A stretch of DNA of 60,823 bases, filler included. It is 4 parts of 4 records of this genome, joined end to end, with 100 filler letters (N's around TTAATTAATTAA, not from the genome) between each part and the next. Parts side by side here need not be neighbours in the genome. Positions count along the whole stretch, not along the records: positions 35,853 to 50,070 come from DRR723986_12559; positions 50,171 to 60,823 come from DRR723986_12562; 2 more parts are not named here. One strand, given 5' to 3'. This document shows positions 47,788 through 57,433 of this stretch, in pieces (position 1 is the stretch's first letter; each line of letters starts with the position of its first letter). The notes under the pieces were generated by a model that did no database searches, was not told the DNA's origin, and worked only from the letters and a program-made list of their open reading frames with translations. The translations under genes were made by a program, and so were the position numbers.

Positions 47788-49779
47788 ATGAGAAAAATAC
47801 TTTTTTTGATGCTCCTGAGCAGTTCAGTTGCTTTTGCGCAGCAAGAAACTAAACCACTGCGATCATCAATAGAAACGGATACCCGCACTATCAGACAGGA
47901 CGTCCCGATGACGAATTCTATTCGAAAAGCTTTCGAGGAAGGCTCAAGAAACTTTACAGGAAAACCAGGTCCAAACTACTGGCAACTTGAGACTGATTTT
48001 ACGATCAAGGCTAGCTTGGATCCAAGTACACAGACCATCAAAGGTTCCGAAAAGATTTTGATACATAACAATAGCAAAGAGGATATGACTTCCATTGTGC
48101 TGCGGTTGGATCATAATATATTTAGGGGAGATGTTCCTCGTGGGTCGTCAGTTCCAGCAGAAAATACAGAGGGGATGGTAGTGACTTCAATCAAAGTAGG
48201 AGGGGAAGCTGTGGACTTGAATGCTCCGCCTATTCAGAGAAGAAGAAATGAGCCAGCCCAAACTCCAAAACTTAGCGTTAGAGGGTTGCAGACCACTGTA
48301 GCTACGATCACCTTGGCTGACCCAATCAAAGCTGGTACCACGGCTGAACTGGAAATTGACTGGCATACGAAACTGCCGGGGGGAGATAATGGCCGAGGTC
48401 ATAGAATGACGCAACGTTTTGACAGCACCTTATTTCAGCCAACTCAATGGTTCCCCAGATTGGCGAAGTTTGACGATCTAAGAGGATGGGAAACCAGCCT
48501 TTACCTAGGTCCTGCTGAGTTTCATAACAATTTTGGGAAATTCGATGTGTCGATCACTGTTCCAGCTGGCTGGATAGTAAGTGGTACTGGCGTATTGCAA
48601 AATCCAACGGAGGTTTTGACTCCGACTGTTGCGGAGAGATTTGCAAATGTTCTTAAATCTGACGGTGAAGTTACCCTGGTTAGTGAAGATGAAAAAGGTC
48701 CTGGAAAAGCGACTAAAGCAGGAGATAAATTGACATGGCACTTTGTGGCAGATAAAGTCAATGATTTTGCTTGGGCGACTTCAGATAGATTTATCTGGAA
48801 AGCAACCAAAGCTGATATTCCGGGTAAAGGTCCAATTCCAATTTACATGGTTTTCATTCCAGAAAGAGCCAGACTTTTTGAAAAGGCCGGTGACTATACC
48901 AAGCATGCTTTGGAGTTTTATTCCAAGCTTTGGGCGCCTTATCCTTTCCCTCAGCTTACGCTTCAAGACGGTCCGAGTGATGGTATGGAATACCCGATGG
49001 TAATCAATTCAAATGAGCGAGCAGCAGATCATGAGGCAGCACACCAGTGGTGGCCTATGATGGTAGGGACGAATGAAACCCGCTACGGCTGGATGGATGA
49101 AGGTTTTAATCAATACATGAATATACTCTCCGGTGCAGATAGCCGAGGAGTGGATTATAATTTGGATGGATTGGGACAAAGCTACGGGCGTGTAAGTGGA
49201 CTTGAGGATGAAGCGCCTATGATGTGGAGCGCGAATGACGCAGGAAATATGTATGGCTTTCAGACCTATTCGAAGACGCCATTGATGTTATCCATGCTTG
49301 GTGGTATAGTGGGTGATGAAGCGGTGATCAATGCTATGAAAAAGTATACAGCGACATGGGCTTATAAGCATCCATCTCCTTGGGATTACATGTTTTTCAT
49401 GAATAATGAATTGGGGCAAAATCTGGAGTGGTTCTGGTATTATTGGTTGTTTACCACAGAATCTGTGGAAGGATCTATCCAAAATGTGACTACTTCAAAT
49501 GGTGAAACGACCGTGACGGTACATCAGGCAGGGCAAATGCCTTCTCCAGTTGTGCTTCAAGTTGAGTTTGAAGGGCCGGCGGATGTAAAGATGCCACATG
49601 CTAAAAAGATCAATGATACTACTTTTGAAATGACCTGGCCAGTTTCGGTGTGGTTTGATGGAAGTAAAACTTTTGATGCGGTGATGGATTTCGGAGATTC
49701 GAAAATCAAGAAAATTACGTTAGACCCTCATGGGCGATTCCCGGATAAAGATAAGGCTGACAATGTTTGGCCAAGATGA
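47788..49779 (+). CDS. M1 family metallopeptidase, exported
   Basis: Signal peptide; GMEYP and HEAAHQWW...WMDEG zinc motif. Confidence 0.92.
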   Translation: MRKILFLMLLSSSVAFAQQETKPLRSSIETDTRTIRQDVPMTNSIRKAFEEGSRNFTGKPGPNYWQLETDFTIKASLDPSTQTIKGSEKILIHNNSKEDMTSIVLRLDHNIFRGDVPRGSSVPAENTEGMVVTSIKVGGEAVDLNAPPIQRRRNEPAQTPKLSVRGLQTTVATITLADPIKAGTTAELEIDWHTKLPGGDNGRGHRMTQRFDSTLFQPTQWFPRLAKFDDLRGWETSLYLGPAEFHNNFGKFDVSITVPAGWIVSGTGVLQNPTEVLTPTVAERFANVLKSDGEVTLVSEDEKGPGKATKAGDKLTWHFVADKVNDFAWATSDRFIWKATKADIPGKGPIPIYMVFIPERARLFEKAGDYTKHALEFYSKLWAPYPFPQLTLQDGPSDGMEYPMVINSNERAADHEAAHQWWPMMVGTNETRYGWMDEGFNQYMNILSGADSRGVDYNLDGLGQSYGRVSGLEDEAPMMWSANDAGNMYGFQTYSKTPLMLSMLGGIVGDEAVINAMKKYTATWAYKHPSPWDYMFFMNNELGQNLEWFWYYWLFTTESVEGSIQNVTTSNGETTVTVHQAGQMPSPVVLQVEFEGPADVKMPHAKKINDTTFEMTWPVSVWFDGSKTFDAVMDFGDSKIKKITLDPHGRFPDKDKADNVWPR

Positions 49780-49787
49780 TTGAAATT

Positions 49788-49819
49788 AAAATGAGGCTTG
49801 AAAGAGCCTCGTTTTTTTT
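49788..49819 (+). terminator. Intrinsic terminator
   Basis: GAGGCTT-GAAA-GAGCCTC followed by a T-tract after the M1 peptidase stop. Confidence 0.85.
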
Positions 49820-49827
49820 CGTTTTTT

Positions 49828-50070
49828 ACCGCTTTGGGCGCGAAGGATTACGTAGAGGTCGCAATTTAAAGTTGTCCAGCTTCTCCAGAAGCTGGACTTT
49901 GTAGATCTATCTGCGAATTTCAAGGTTTTTATTTAACCGCAGTGGACACAGAGGGTCACGCAGAGGGCGCAATTTAGAGTTGTCCTGCTTTTTCAGAAGC
50001 AAGACTTGATGTTATATCAGAAAAAGGGCTGAAAGTCCTAAATAACTAAGCCCAGCTCGATAGGGCTGGG
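49828..50070. repeat. Composite REP-like repeat cluster (108-bp period)
   Basis: ACCGC...AGAGG.CGCAATTTA.AGTTGTCC.GCTT.T.CAGAAGC..GACTT at 49828-49899 and 49936-50007; further hairpins to the contig end. Confidence 0.7.
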
Positions 50071-50170
50071 NNNNNNNNNNNNNNNNNNNNNNNNNNNNNN
50101 NNNNNNNNNNNNNNTTAATTAATTAANNNNNNNNNNNNNNNNNNNNNNNNNNNNNNNNNNNNNNNNNNNN
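50071..50170. other. Artificial contig linker
   Basis: 44 N + TTAATTAATTAA + 44 N. Confidence 0.98.
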
Positions 50171-50465
50171 TTTCGTCTTCATCGGACTCATCTTCATCGG
50201 ATTCATCTCCGTCGCTGTCACTGTCTTCGTCGGCGTCACTCTCTGCGTCTGAATTACCGTCGCCATCTTCGTCGGCGTCTTCACTTTCGTTGTTCGCGTC
50301 GGCATCTGAGTCCTCAAGGTCTGCTGATTCCAACTGGGCCTTGTTCTGGTTTGAAGTTTCAGGCAAGCTTTCTAGCGGGCCGGCGCCGTCTTCACAAGAA
50401 CATAGTCCAAAGATTGCCAGGATTGAGAGTACTGTGAGCAGGTGTCTGATTGTGTGAATAGTCAT
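50171..50465 (-). CDS. Asp/Glu-rich putative lipoprotein, 3' truncated
   Basis: ATG 50465 with GGAAAGGAAG upstream; signal peptide ending GLCSC; DEDES-type acidic repeats. Confidence 0.72.
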
Positions 50466-50552
50466 TCTTCGGCTTCCTTTCCAGCTGTTGATAAGATGGC
50501 CGCCTGATTCCCATGTAGTAAACTGCAGTAGGCGGCGTTTCTGTCGTTGGCG

Positions 50553-50585
50553 GCATGAATACAGTTCAATTTTGATTGTTACAGC
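50553..50585 (-). promoter_or_regulatory. Putative ECF promoter, copy 1 (towards acidic lipoprotein)
   Basis: Minus strand reads GCTGTAACA-ATCAAAATTGAA-CTGTATTCATGC. Confidence 0.75.
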
Positions 50586-50619
50586 GTGCCCAGGCTGGAA
50601 AATTGTAGCGATATTTGTA

Positions 50620-50652
50620 GCTGTAACACTTTCCACGAATCTGTATTCATGC
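50620..50652 (+). promoter_or_regulatory. Putative ECF promoter, copy 2 (towards sigma gene, autoregulatory)
   Basis: GCTGTAACA-CTTTCCACGAAT-CTGTATTCATGC; both boxes identical to copy 1. Confidence 0.75.
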
Positions 50653-50678
50653 GCTGTTACGCAAAAAAACGGTGAGCA

Positions 50679-51224
50679 ATGAAGGTTCAAACTACGCACA
50701 GCAGCGACGATGAGGTCCTCCTGGACCGCATCAAGAACAAAGACGCAGCGGCATTTAATGTCCTCTACGATCGCTACGCCGAGCGCCTTTTTGGCTACTG
50801 CCTGGCAGCGACGAAAGACCGCGAGATGGCGGAAGACATCTATCAGACAACTCTGATGACTGTTTTCCAAAAAGCTGAACAATTCAAAGGTGGCGACTTC
50901 GCAGCATGGATGTTCACAATTGCGCGTAACAACGTGCGCCTCTCACAGCGCAATAAGCTGCAGACAAGTGACATCGACGCAGCCTTTGATTTGGCTGGAG
51001 ATGGCGAAAGCCCGGATAAAGACATCTTCTTTTCCGGCGCCCTGGAAAACGCAATTGCGGATCTTCCGCCCGAGTTCCGCGAAGTCTTTGTCCTCAAATA
51101 TGTGGATGGCTTTGCGTACCACGAGATAGCCGAGAAATGTGACATTTCAATGTCGCTGGTTAAAGTGCGCATCTTCCGCGCTAAAAAACTTTTACGTAAT
51201 TCCCTACAACCGTATCTAAGCTGA
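50679..51224 (+). CDS. ECF-type RNA polymerase sigma factor
   Basis: Region 2 (AEDIYQ, WMFTIARN) and region 4 (LPPEFREVFVLKY..YHEIAE..VKVRIFRAKK). Confidence 0.94.
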   Translation: MKVQTTHSSDDEVLLDRIKNKDAAAFNVLYDRYAERLFGYCLAATKDREMAEDIYQTTLMTVFQKAEQFKGGDFAAWMFTIARNNVRLSQRNKLQTSDIDAAFDLAGDGESPDKDIFFSGALENAIADLPPEFREVFVLKYVDGFAYHEIAEKCDISMSLVKVRIFRAKKLLRNSLQPYLS

Positions 51225-51230
51225 AACAGT

Positions 51231-52244
51231 ATGCGATCCGATGAACTGATAGCTAAAAAACTCGATGGCGAGCTGAGCCCGGAAGAAGCTGCGGAACTGC
51301 AATCACTGCTTTCCGCCGATCCGGAATTAGCGAAGGAACTGCGCGAACTCGAAGCGCTGGAAGAATCACTTGATGTGCAAAACCACGTAAATTCGGCCGG
51401 TGCACGTGCTTTCCGCGCAGACCATAAGTCTGAGCTGCAAGCCAGCCTGATGCGCAGTGGAAATCGCAGATCCGGTGGTGTATATTGGTTGGGTGGAATG
51501 CTCACCATCGTCGCCGTTGTTCTGGTGACCTGGTTGACGCTACCGCAAGACCCTTCCGAACAACAACTAAAACAAACAGCTGCAAACACAAGCAGCGCGG
51601 ATCAAGGCACTCAGCCGGCAAACCCCAATTCCCAAAGCTCTCAGCCTGAAGCCGCTCAGCCTCAAAACTCCCAGCCGGCGGATCCGCAGAACGAGGCTGT
51701 GAACAACAAGCCTACACCCAATCAGACACATGCCGCCGCGCCCCAGCAACAGAGTCGTCCTGCTCAGCAGCCCGCCAATTCGGACGATGCCGAGACGCCG
51801 AATCCCACAGATCAACTGACATCAGCGTCAGAAGCACGTGCAGTAACACAGGCGGAAACCCCTCCTGCACAACGTGGACAGGGACAGGCAAGCCTCAGCA
51901 GCGGAAAAATCAATCAGGCACTTGGTGCTGAAATTGAACGCCTGAACCGCACAATTGCAAGTGAAACCAAAAATATCCTCAACGCCGTCAGCCTGCACAA
52001 ACGCGCCAAAATTGAGCGTGCCATGCAAGACTTTACAACCGCCGAAGCCACGCTGCTCGAAGCGCTCGAACTTCTTAAACTCGACAAGTCAACAGCCGTG
52101 GAAAGTGACATTCTAAGCACGCTCGCGCGCACAGCTCACGATCTTGGCAAACTGGACGATGCGCGCACGTACAAACAACGCGCCCTCGAAATTTGCTCAC
52201 CGAACCGACTAGAGCGCATTCAACAAGAGCTAAGCGGTATCTAA
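51231..52244 (+). CDS. Putative transmembrane anti-sigma factor with low-complexity linker and TPR-like C-terminus
   Basis: 6 nt after the sigma gene; N-terminal LDGELSPEE anti-sigma-like helices, one TM, Q/P/N/S-rich linker, helical repeats. Confidence 0.75.
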   Translation: MRSDELIAKKLDGELSPEEAAELQSLLSADPELAKELRELEALEESLDVQNHVNSAGARAFRADHKSELQASLMRSGNRRSGGVYWLGGMLTIVAVVLVTWLTLPQDPSEQQLKQTAANTSSADQGTQPANPNSQSSQPEAAQPQNSQPADPQNEAVNNKPTPNQTHAAAPQQQSRPAQQPANSDDAETPNPTDQLTSASEARAVTQAETPPAQRGQGQASLSSGKINQALGAEIERLNRTIASETKNILNAVSLHKRAKIERAMQDFTTAEATLLEALELLKLDKSTAVESDILSTLARTAHDLGKLDDARTYKQRALEICSPNRLERIQQELSGI

Positions 52245-52293
52245 ACTTGTAGACTGATGAACATCTGTTGCCGGCGGCTATGCCATAGCTTGA

Positions 52294-54417
52294 CTATTTT
52301 CTGGAAACGATGTTCCCCGGTTTAAAGATCAGCCACACCAAATTGGCGTTTTCCTGCGACCGGCCAGTAACTGCCTGCCCATTATTCTCACTCGCCCTGG
52401 CGGCTAACACCGTCGGAGCGGCGTGAATCTTGACGAATCGATTCCGTTTTTCGATTAAATCGACTAGCTCTGTAAGTATTTTGCTTGCCCCACTGTTCAT
52501 TGCTGGTTCGATTGAATACATGAGGCCAAATACGCCCTCATCTTGCATAATAGAGCGATAGGGCTCCAGTAATTCTACTGCTGAGCCACTGTCCAGATTT
52601 ATGCCAACGCGATACGCGCTTCCAACGACTGTATCAGACTTGCTCACTCGACTAAAGCTGAGCTCGACAGGGTCACTCATTTTGCGGGCACCGGATCCGT
52701 CAACAACCCAAAGCTTGCCCTGAAGTTGCCCGCCACCGCTTAGAATAGCTGGTATGATCACCGATGGAATGCGCCATTCGATTTCTTCCGGTAGATCAAA
52801 ACCAGTGCGCTCATAGAATTGCAATTTCTTACCTGTGGCTTGAAACAGCCCCAAACGCCAGTAGTACATCCCTGCCTCTGCGAGCACATAGGGAATGAAA
52901 CGCACAGTCACCGGTCCCATCATTCTGGCACTATTGCGCTGAAGCCGCAAAGGTGCAAGAATTGCGGATTGCGAGCTGGAGAGCCTGGCGCGAACACCCG
53001 GCCTGGATCCGTCAGTTCCGGCCGAAACACTGCGATGCAGAATGCGCTGCGGCTCAATTTCCCATTGCTTTTGCATCCATGCTTGCAATTCGTTAAACAG
53101 GTCCAGTTCATCAGTCTCAATGGTCAATTCAGCGCGGTGACGTGACTGCAGGCGGTGGCCAATTGAATCGAGTACATCCAGATCTTGATCGGGAGTAGCC
53201 AACTGCCAAATTTCCGCGGTCTTGCCTATAAGCCGCGCTGCAGGCATAGCCGAACTGTACCAGTTCGTAGAAATCGGCACGTAAATCTGCTCGTCAATCA
53301 GATCCATGTCGAGTGTGATATTCGCGCCTGTCTGTCCGCTGCCATCTTCAAGCTCTGCTTCCAGGGCTACAACCAGCAAAGATTCAGGCTGCGGAATGCG
53401 GCGCAGGTAGCTTTCGCGAATCGTCGAACGCAAAATGATGCGCGTAGAGCTCAGCGTATCGCGTTCAAGTGTTTGTGTCTGGTTGCGCAGAACCACACTC
53501 TCTGCGGCCAGATCGTCAACCAGAGTCGTCACCGTATCACGCACAAATACCGTATCGCGCAGCAGGATCACTTCTTCTGACTCTGCGGGCCGCCAGGCCA
53601 GACGCGCTCCCAGCTGAATGGCGCGCGCCGACCAATCAACATCACTATCAAAACTGTAGCTGCGCGGCTGGATGCGGATTTCGGGGCTGAGAGATAACTG
53701 CTGCGCCGAATTCAGGTAGAACTCATATCCCAAGGCCAGGTCCAGGCCAAAAGAGCCGCCGTCCAGAACAATCTGCTCATCATCCTCGGTGATTTGACGG
53801 ATTGTTCCGCCTTCGGGAAACTCACTGCCGGCCGGCGATAGAATCTCTTCCGTTTGATCGTATTCATCATTGATGGGCAGGAGCAGTTGCGGCCCCGTAC
53901 GCAGGTACCAGTTCCTGAATTGCAGCGTCAGGTGCGGCTGGAAGCTCAGCGCGCGCATGTTAAGCGAAACCAGATGTTCGTTGCTGCCTGACGTCGGCAC
54001 ACCTTGCACGATCAGATCGGTTGTCTCGATGCTGCTGAACTCGGTGCTGAAGTCGCTATAGCCGATTTCGACGCCCGCACTTAAAGCCAGCTCCGCCGAA
54101 AAACGATACTCAAGTGGACTGAACGACAGTGCAAACGCAGCCGAAGGACTGACTGCAGACTCAAATGCGGGTGCATCAATAGGCAGGTTAACAGGATTTA
54201 CGCCAAAGGGGTTGCCGGAATGTGCATTCAGGCCGAGACCAGCAAAAAGCTCAAACCGCCAGCGCAGCTGAAGCGGATCTGTAGTAGAAAGTAGCGGCTC
54301 CGACGATTGCTGAGAAACGGCACAAACAGGCAGCGACAAAAACCACAGGCTAAGGCCAAGAGCCAGCGGAATACGTGCAAAAATCGAATGGAGCAGAGTG
54401 GAGTTGGGGTCGCGCAT
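52294..54417 (-). CDS. Probable outer-membrane beta-barrel protein with C-terminal extension
   Basis: Signal peptide and alternating amphipathic strands (FELFAGLGLN, LDLALGYEF, IQLGARLAW); function not recognised. Confidence 0.6.
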   Translation of the reverse strand: MRDPNSTLLHSIFARIPLALGLSLWFLSLPVCAVSQQSSEPLLSTTDPLQLRWRFELFAGLGLNAHSGNPFGVNPVNLPIDAPAFESAVSPSAAFALSFSPLEYRFSAELALSAGVEIGYSDFSTEFSSIETTDLIVQGVPTSGSNEHLVSLNMRALSFQPHLTLQFRNWYLRTGPQLLLPINDEYDQTEEILSPAGSEFPEGGTIRQITEDDEQIVLDGGSFGLDLALGYEFYLNSAQQLSLSPEIRIQPRSYSFDSDVDWSARAIQLGARLAWRPAESEEVILLRDTVFVRDTVTTLVDDLAAESVVLRNQTQTLERDTLSSTRIILRSTIRESYLRRIPQPESLLVVALEAELEDGSGQTGANITLDMDLIDEQIYVPISTNWYSSAMPAARLIGKTAEIWQLATPDQDLDVLDSIGHRLQSRHRAELTIETDELDLFNELQAWMQKQWEIEPQRILHRSVSAGTDGSRPGVRARLSSSQSAILAPLRLQRNSARMMGPVTVRFIPYVLAEAGMYYWRLGLFQATGKKLQFYERTGFDLPEEIEWRIPSVIIPAILSGGGQLQGKLWVVDGSGARKMSDPVELSFSRVSKSDTVVGSAYRVGINLDSGSAVELLEPYRSIMQDEGVFGLMYSIEPAMNSGASKILTELVDLIEKRNRFVKIHAAPTVLAARASENNGQAVTGRSQENANLVWLIFKPGNIVSRK

Positions 54418-54462
54418 CACTACAAATGTACTGATTTGCGCGCGGAAATTGCAGGGAAGCTG

Positions 54463-54972
54463 TTAACGCTGTCGGAACGCTTTCATCTCAGCATGCAGCG
54501 CCTTAAAATCGAGCACACCATTGTGAATTTTAAGATGTTCCAGGATCAGGTGGGCATTCTCCAGACGCTTTTGTGGTTTTTTGACCTTGCCCGCCACGTA
54601 AATTAACTGGCGCATTTTGCCTGGCGTGAGTGCGTGGAACAGCCTATCACCTTCCGGATCCTGTTCCAATAGAGACGCAAACTCGTCCGGCATGGGCAGT
54701 CCGTACTTCGATTCGTCCGGCGCAAGTGTGACCGCCACTGGATCACCTTCCACGATTCCGAGTGCAGTGCGGTGCTGCTTGTTGACGTTAATAAAGTAGG
54801 TGCCGTCACCCTTGGGCATCAGTGCGCAGTGAAACGTGGTGGACTCATTCAGGGTACAAATTACGCGCGTTCCGCTGCCGGCGATAAAATGTTGGGCAAC
54901 GTCGTCCGGGATTGGAATGTAGTAATACCACAGTTCCGAATAGAATTTGCGCAGCTCACTCAGGAATTCCAT
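54463..54972 (-). CDS. DUF1905 + YdeI/OmdA domain protein
   Basis: RVICTLN, HCALMP, YGLPMPDEF and FHALTPGKMR motifs. Confidence 0.82.
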   Translation of the reverse strand: MEFLSELRKFYSELWYYYIPIPDDVAQHFIAGSGTRVICTLNESTTFHCALMPKGDGTYFINVNKQHRTALGIVEGDPVAVTLAPDESKYGLPMPDEFASLLEQDPEGDRLFHALTPGKMRQLIYVAGKVKKPQKRLENAHLILEHLKIHNGVLDFKALHAEMKAFRQR

Positions 54973-55101
54973 TGGCGTCTTGTTTGAGGTTTCTGCAAAG
55001 CCCTTCTTGTTAGGCAATGTACCCAAAGCCGGAAACAGGCGATTCTACGCACGGTGACGTGCGCGTCTTTTCATGAACTCATGAGGGCACAATTTACACA
55101 A

Positions 55102-57204
55102 TCAACGCACAATCAGGCTGCGTACCATAGAATGTGTTCCGGCGCTGATGCGGCAGTAGTACATGCCGCTGCGTAGTGTTGAAATATTGACATCGATGTC
55201 AAATGTGCCCGCCGCTGTGGGTAAAAGTTCGTCCAGCGCCAGGACAACACGCCCCAGATTGTCAAGGATACGCAGCTGGGCGGGAGCGGCGTCAAAATAG
55301 CCCTCAATGCGCACCTGGTCCGTAGCCGGATTAGGTGAATGGAACAGGGCCAGCTCACCTTTATTACTGTTGATATAGCGATTGCCGCCAAAACGCCAGA
55401 TATTCGTGATCTGCAGCTCAGATGATTGGCAAACGTTGCTGACGTCCAAGGCCTGGCCCGCGGCAAACCACTGCAATGTGAGGCAGTCAATTTCGAGGCT
55501 GCTGCGCTCGGCGCTGCCCAGGCCACTGATGCAGGGCAAGGTCAGAATCGCCTGGCCTGCCTGCGGGCTGACCGGCACATTCTCAAGCGTCACAAACTGG
55601 CGGCCAGAGCTGATGGGGCCTCGCGTGGCGGGATCCACGGGCGTCAGAAGGTCCGCGTCAAAATGCAGTGTGGCTGTCAAGCTCAGGTTGTTGAGCGCAG
55701 CGAGGTCATCACTCAGCTGATCGACAATAATACTCAGGTTAACTTCTTCACCGGCATCGGTTTCGAGCGGCAGCACGCGCAAATCGGCGCTGTAGACTTC
55801 AGCGAGCGCCGCCAGGTCAAACAGGCACACAAAAGCATCGGAATTGCCGGCATAATTGGGCTGAAAAGCCGCAGCGCTGGTCGGAAGATCAAGCGAAAAG
55901 GTCATTCCAGCCAGCCGCAGTTGCTGATCCGTCACAAAACTGAGTCCGGCGGCCTCATCTGCAGCGATGCCACCAAAAAATCCCTGTACAAATGCTTCGC
56001 CGCCGGCCGGATCAAAGACTGTCAATAAAACGTCAATGTCGGCCGCAAATTCAAACGGCCAATCGCTGTCTGGACGCACATCACCTGAGTTGCTACTGGC
56101 TGCAACTGCTATCTGGTCAAGCGAGTTTACGGCGAGAACGGCTGATTCATCGACGCCAATTCCGCCAATCAACCATGTCGTCAACGCCTGACCGTTTACA
56201 TCCAAAAGTGCTACAAAAAGATCGGTTTGCGCAGAGCGCATGCGTCCAAAATCGCCGTTGCGCGCAGGCAAGTCGTCGGACGCAGTACCGCCGGCAATTG
56301 CGATACGGCCGTCACTGAGAAGCGCAATTGCGTCCGGCTCTTCGTCGGCGGCGCCACCCCAGGCGACCGAGCTTAGCAGTGTGCCGTCCAGGTCAAAGGT
56401 CAAAACGAAGGCGTCGCTGTCCCCCCGCAGCGATCCGGCAGTTAAGGGGAAATCTGCCGATTCGGTGCTGCCGGCAAGGAGGAAGCGGCCGCCATTCGAA
56501 ATTAAAGCGCGCGCTTCGTCATCCGAAGCGCCTCCGATAAATGTAGAGGCGATTAGTGAGCCGCCGTCAGCTGCAAGTATGCAGAGATAAGCATCTCCGT
56601 CGCCATTATAGGTTGGGTCAAAAGCATTTTCGATTGGAAAGTCGTCACCCGATTCAACTTCGCCACAGAGTGCAATCCTACCGTCGGCGGCGACGGCCAC
56701 AGCATAAAGTTCTTCTTCGCTCTCGCCACCAATTCTGGTGGACCACAGCATTGTGTTTCCGTCAAGAGTCAGCTTAGCGGCAAAGATGTCGCTGTTGGAA
56801 TCATCGTCATCATCGCCAAAGTGCAGACCGGGAAAGTCTTCGGAATCAGTCTCGCCGGCCAGGATAATAGCTCCGTCGGCGGCCCAGGCCAGTGCTTTAA
56901 TTTGATCATCACCTTCAAAATCAAAATAGCTGGCCCAGATAATTGAGCTAAGGTCGGCACTGATGCGCGCAACAAAGCCGGCCTCATCATCGGTCGCCAC
57001 GGTTTGAAACGCTCCGAGGGTTGCGGGGAAGTCGGCGGAACTGGTCACTCCGGCAACAATCACCGAGCCGTCCGGCGCGGTCAACATCGCCGTAATTTCA
57101 TCAGCTGCGGCGCCGCCCAGGAAGCTGGAATTCACAAGTTCTGTAGCGCGCAGTGGCAGAGTCAGGCAGAGAAGTGCTGATATTAGGAGTACAAATGGGC
57201 GCAT
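55102..57204 (-). CDS. SBBP-repeat beta-propeller protein with T9SS type A C-terminal sorting domain
   Basis: Repeated GG...D.A..(A/G)G.T.S.DFP units; C-terminal PNPATD..ILDNLGRVV..LRSGMYYCRI. Confidence 0.88.
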   Translation of the reverse strand: MRPFVLLISALLCLTLPLRATELVNSSFLGGAAADEITAMLTAPDGSVIVAGVTSSADFPATLGAFQTVATDDEAGFVARISADLSSIIWASYFDFEGDDQIKALAWAADGAIILAGETDSEDFPGLHFGDDDDDSNSDIFAAKLTLDGNTMLWSTRIGGESEEELYAVAVAADGRIALCGEVESGDDFPIENAFDPTYNGDGDAYLCILAADGGSLIASTFIGGASDDEARALISNGGRFLLAGSTESADFPLTAGSLRGDSDAFVLTFDLDGTLLSSVAWGGAADEEPDAIALLSDGRIAIAGGTASDDLPARNGDFGRMRSAQTDLFVALLDVNGQALTTWLIGGIGVDESAVLAVNSLDQIAVAASSNSGDVRPDSDWPFEFAADIDVLLTVFDPAGGEAFVQGFFGGIAADEAAGLSFVTDQQLRLAGMTFSLDLPTSAAAFQPNYAGNSDAFVCLFDLAALAEVYSADLRVLPLETDAGEEVNLSIIVDQLSDDLAALNNLSLTATLHFDADLLTPVDPATRGPISSGRQFVTLENVPVSPQAGQAILTLPCISGLGSAERSSLEIDCLTLQWFAAGQALDVSNVCQSSELQITNIWRFGGNRYINSNKGELALFHSPNPATDQVRIEGYFDAAPAQLRILDNLGRVVLALDELLPTAAGTFDIDVNISTLRSGMYYCRISAGTHSMVRSLIVR

Positions 57205-57268
57205 GCTGTGGCCGGTGCTTGGTTCGTTAAGGGAGCGCATCCTGCAGTAAGATGCATTGTTTGACTGC

Positions 57269-57300
57269 GCACGAATACACTTGTAGTGTGATTGTTACAC
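57269..57300 (-). promoter_or_regulatory. Putative ECF promoter, copy 3 (towards T9SS beta-propeller gene)
   Basis: Minus strand reads GTGTAACA-ATCACACTACAA-GTGTATTCGTGC. Confidence 0.72.
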
Positions 57301-57433
57301 AGAATTATTATTACGCTCGGGCAGTATCAAATTTGTCGTAATTTTCGGCTCGGGCATGCAAGGTTGCTCCCCCAAACCAATCATGTACACTTGCCCGAAC
57401 TCTTCCCGGCTCGCCGGCGCAGGAACCACCTCA

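Noticed and set aside
49828-50007. 108-bp-period repeat as a CRISPR array
   Set aside because: Only two units, long and diverged, with no cas genes; better explained as REP-like.
25154-50170. Three identical TTAATTAATTAA elements in N runs, and any gene neighbourhood spanning them
   Set aside because: These are artificial scaffolding linkers. Composition and gene content change at each one, so cross-boundary associations are meaningless.
50466-50882. Long N-terminal extension of ORF 50115..50882
   Set aside because: It overlaps the sigma gene antisense and the promoter pair; the real start is probably ATG 50465 with RBS and signal peptide.
54421-55101. Search for the ECF motif upstream of the beta-barrel and DUF1905 genes
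   Set aside because: No match with both boxes at the correct spacing, so these genes were not assigned directly to the regulon; read-through from copy 3 remains possible.
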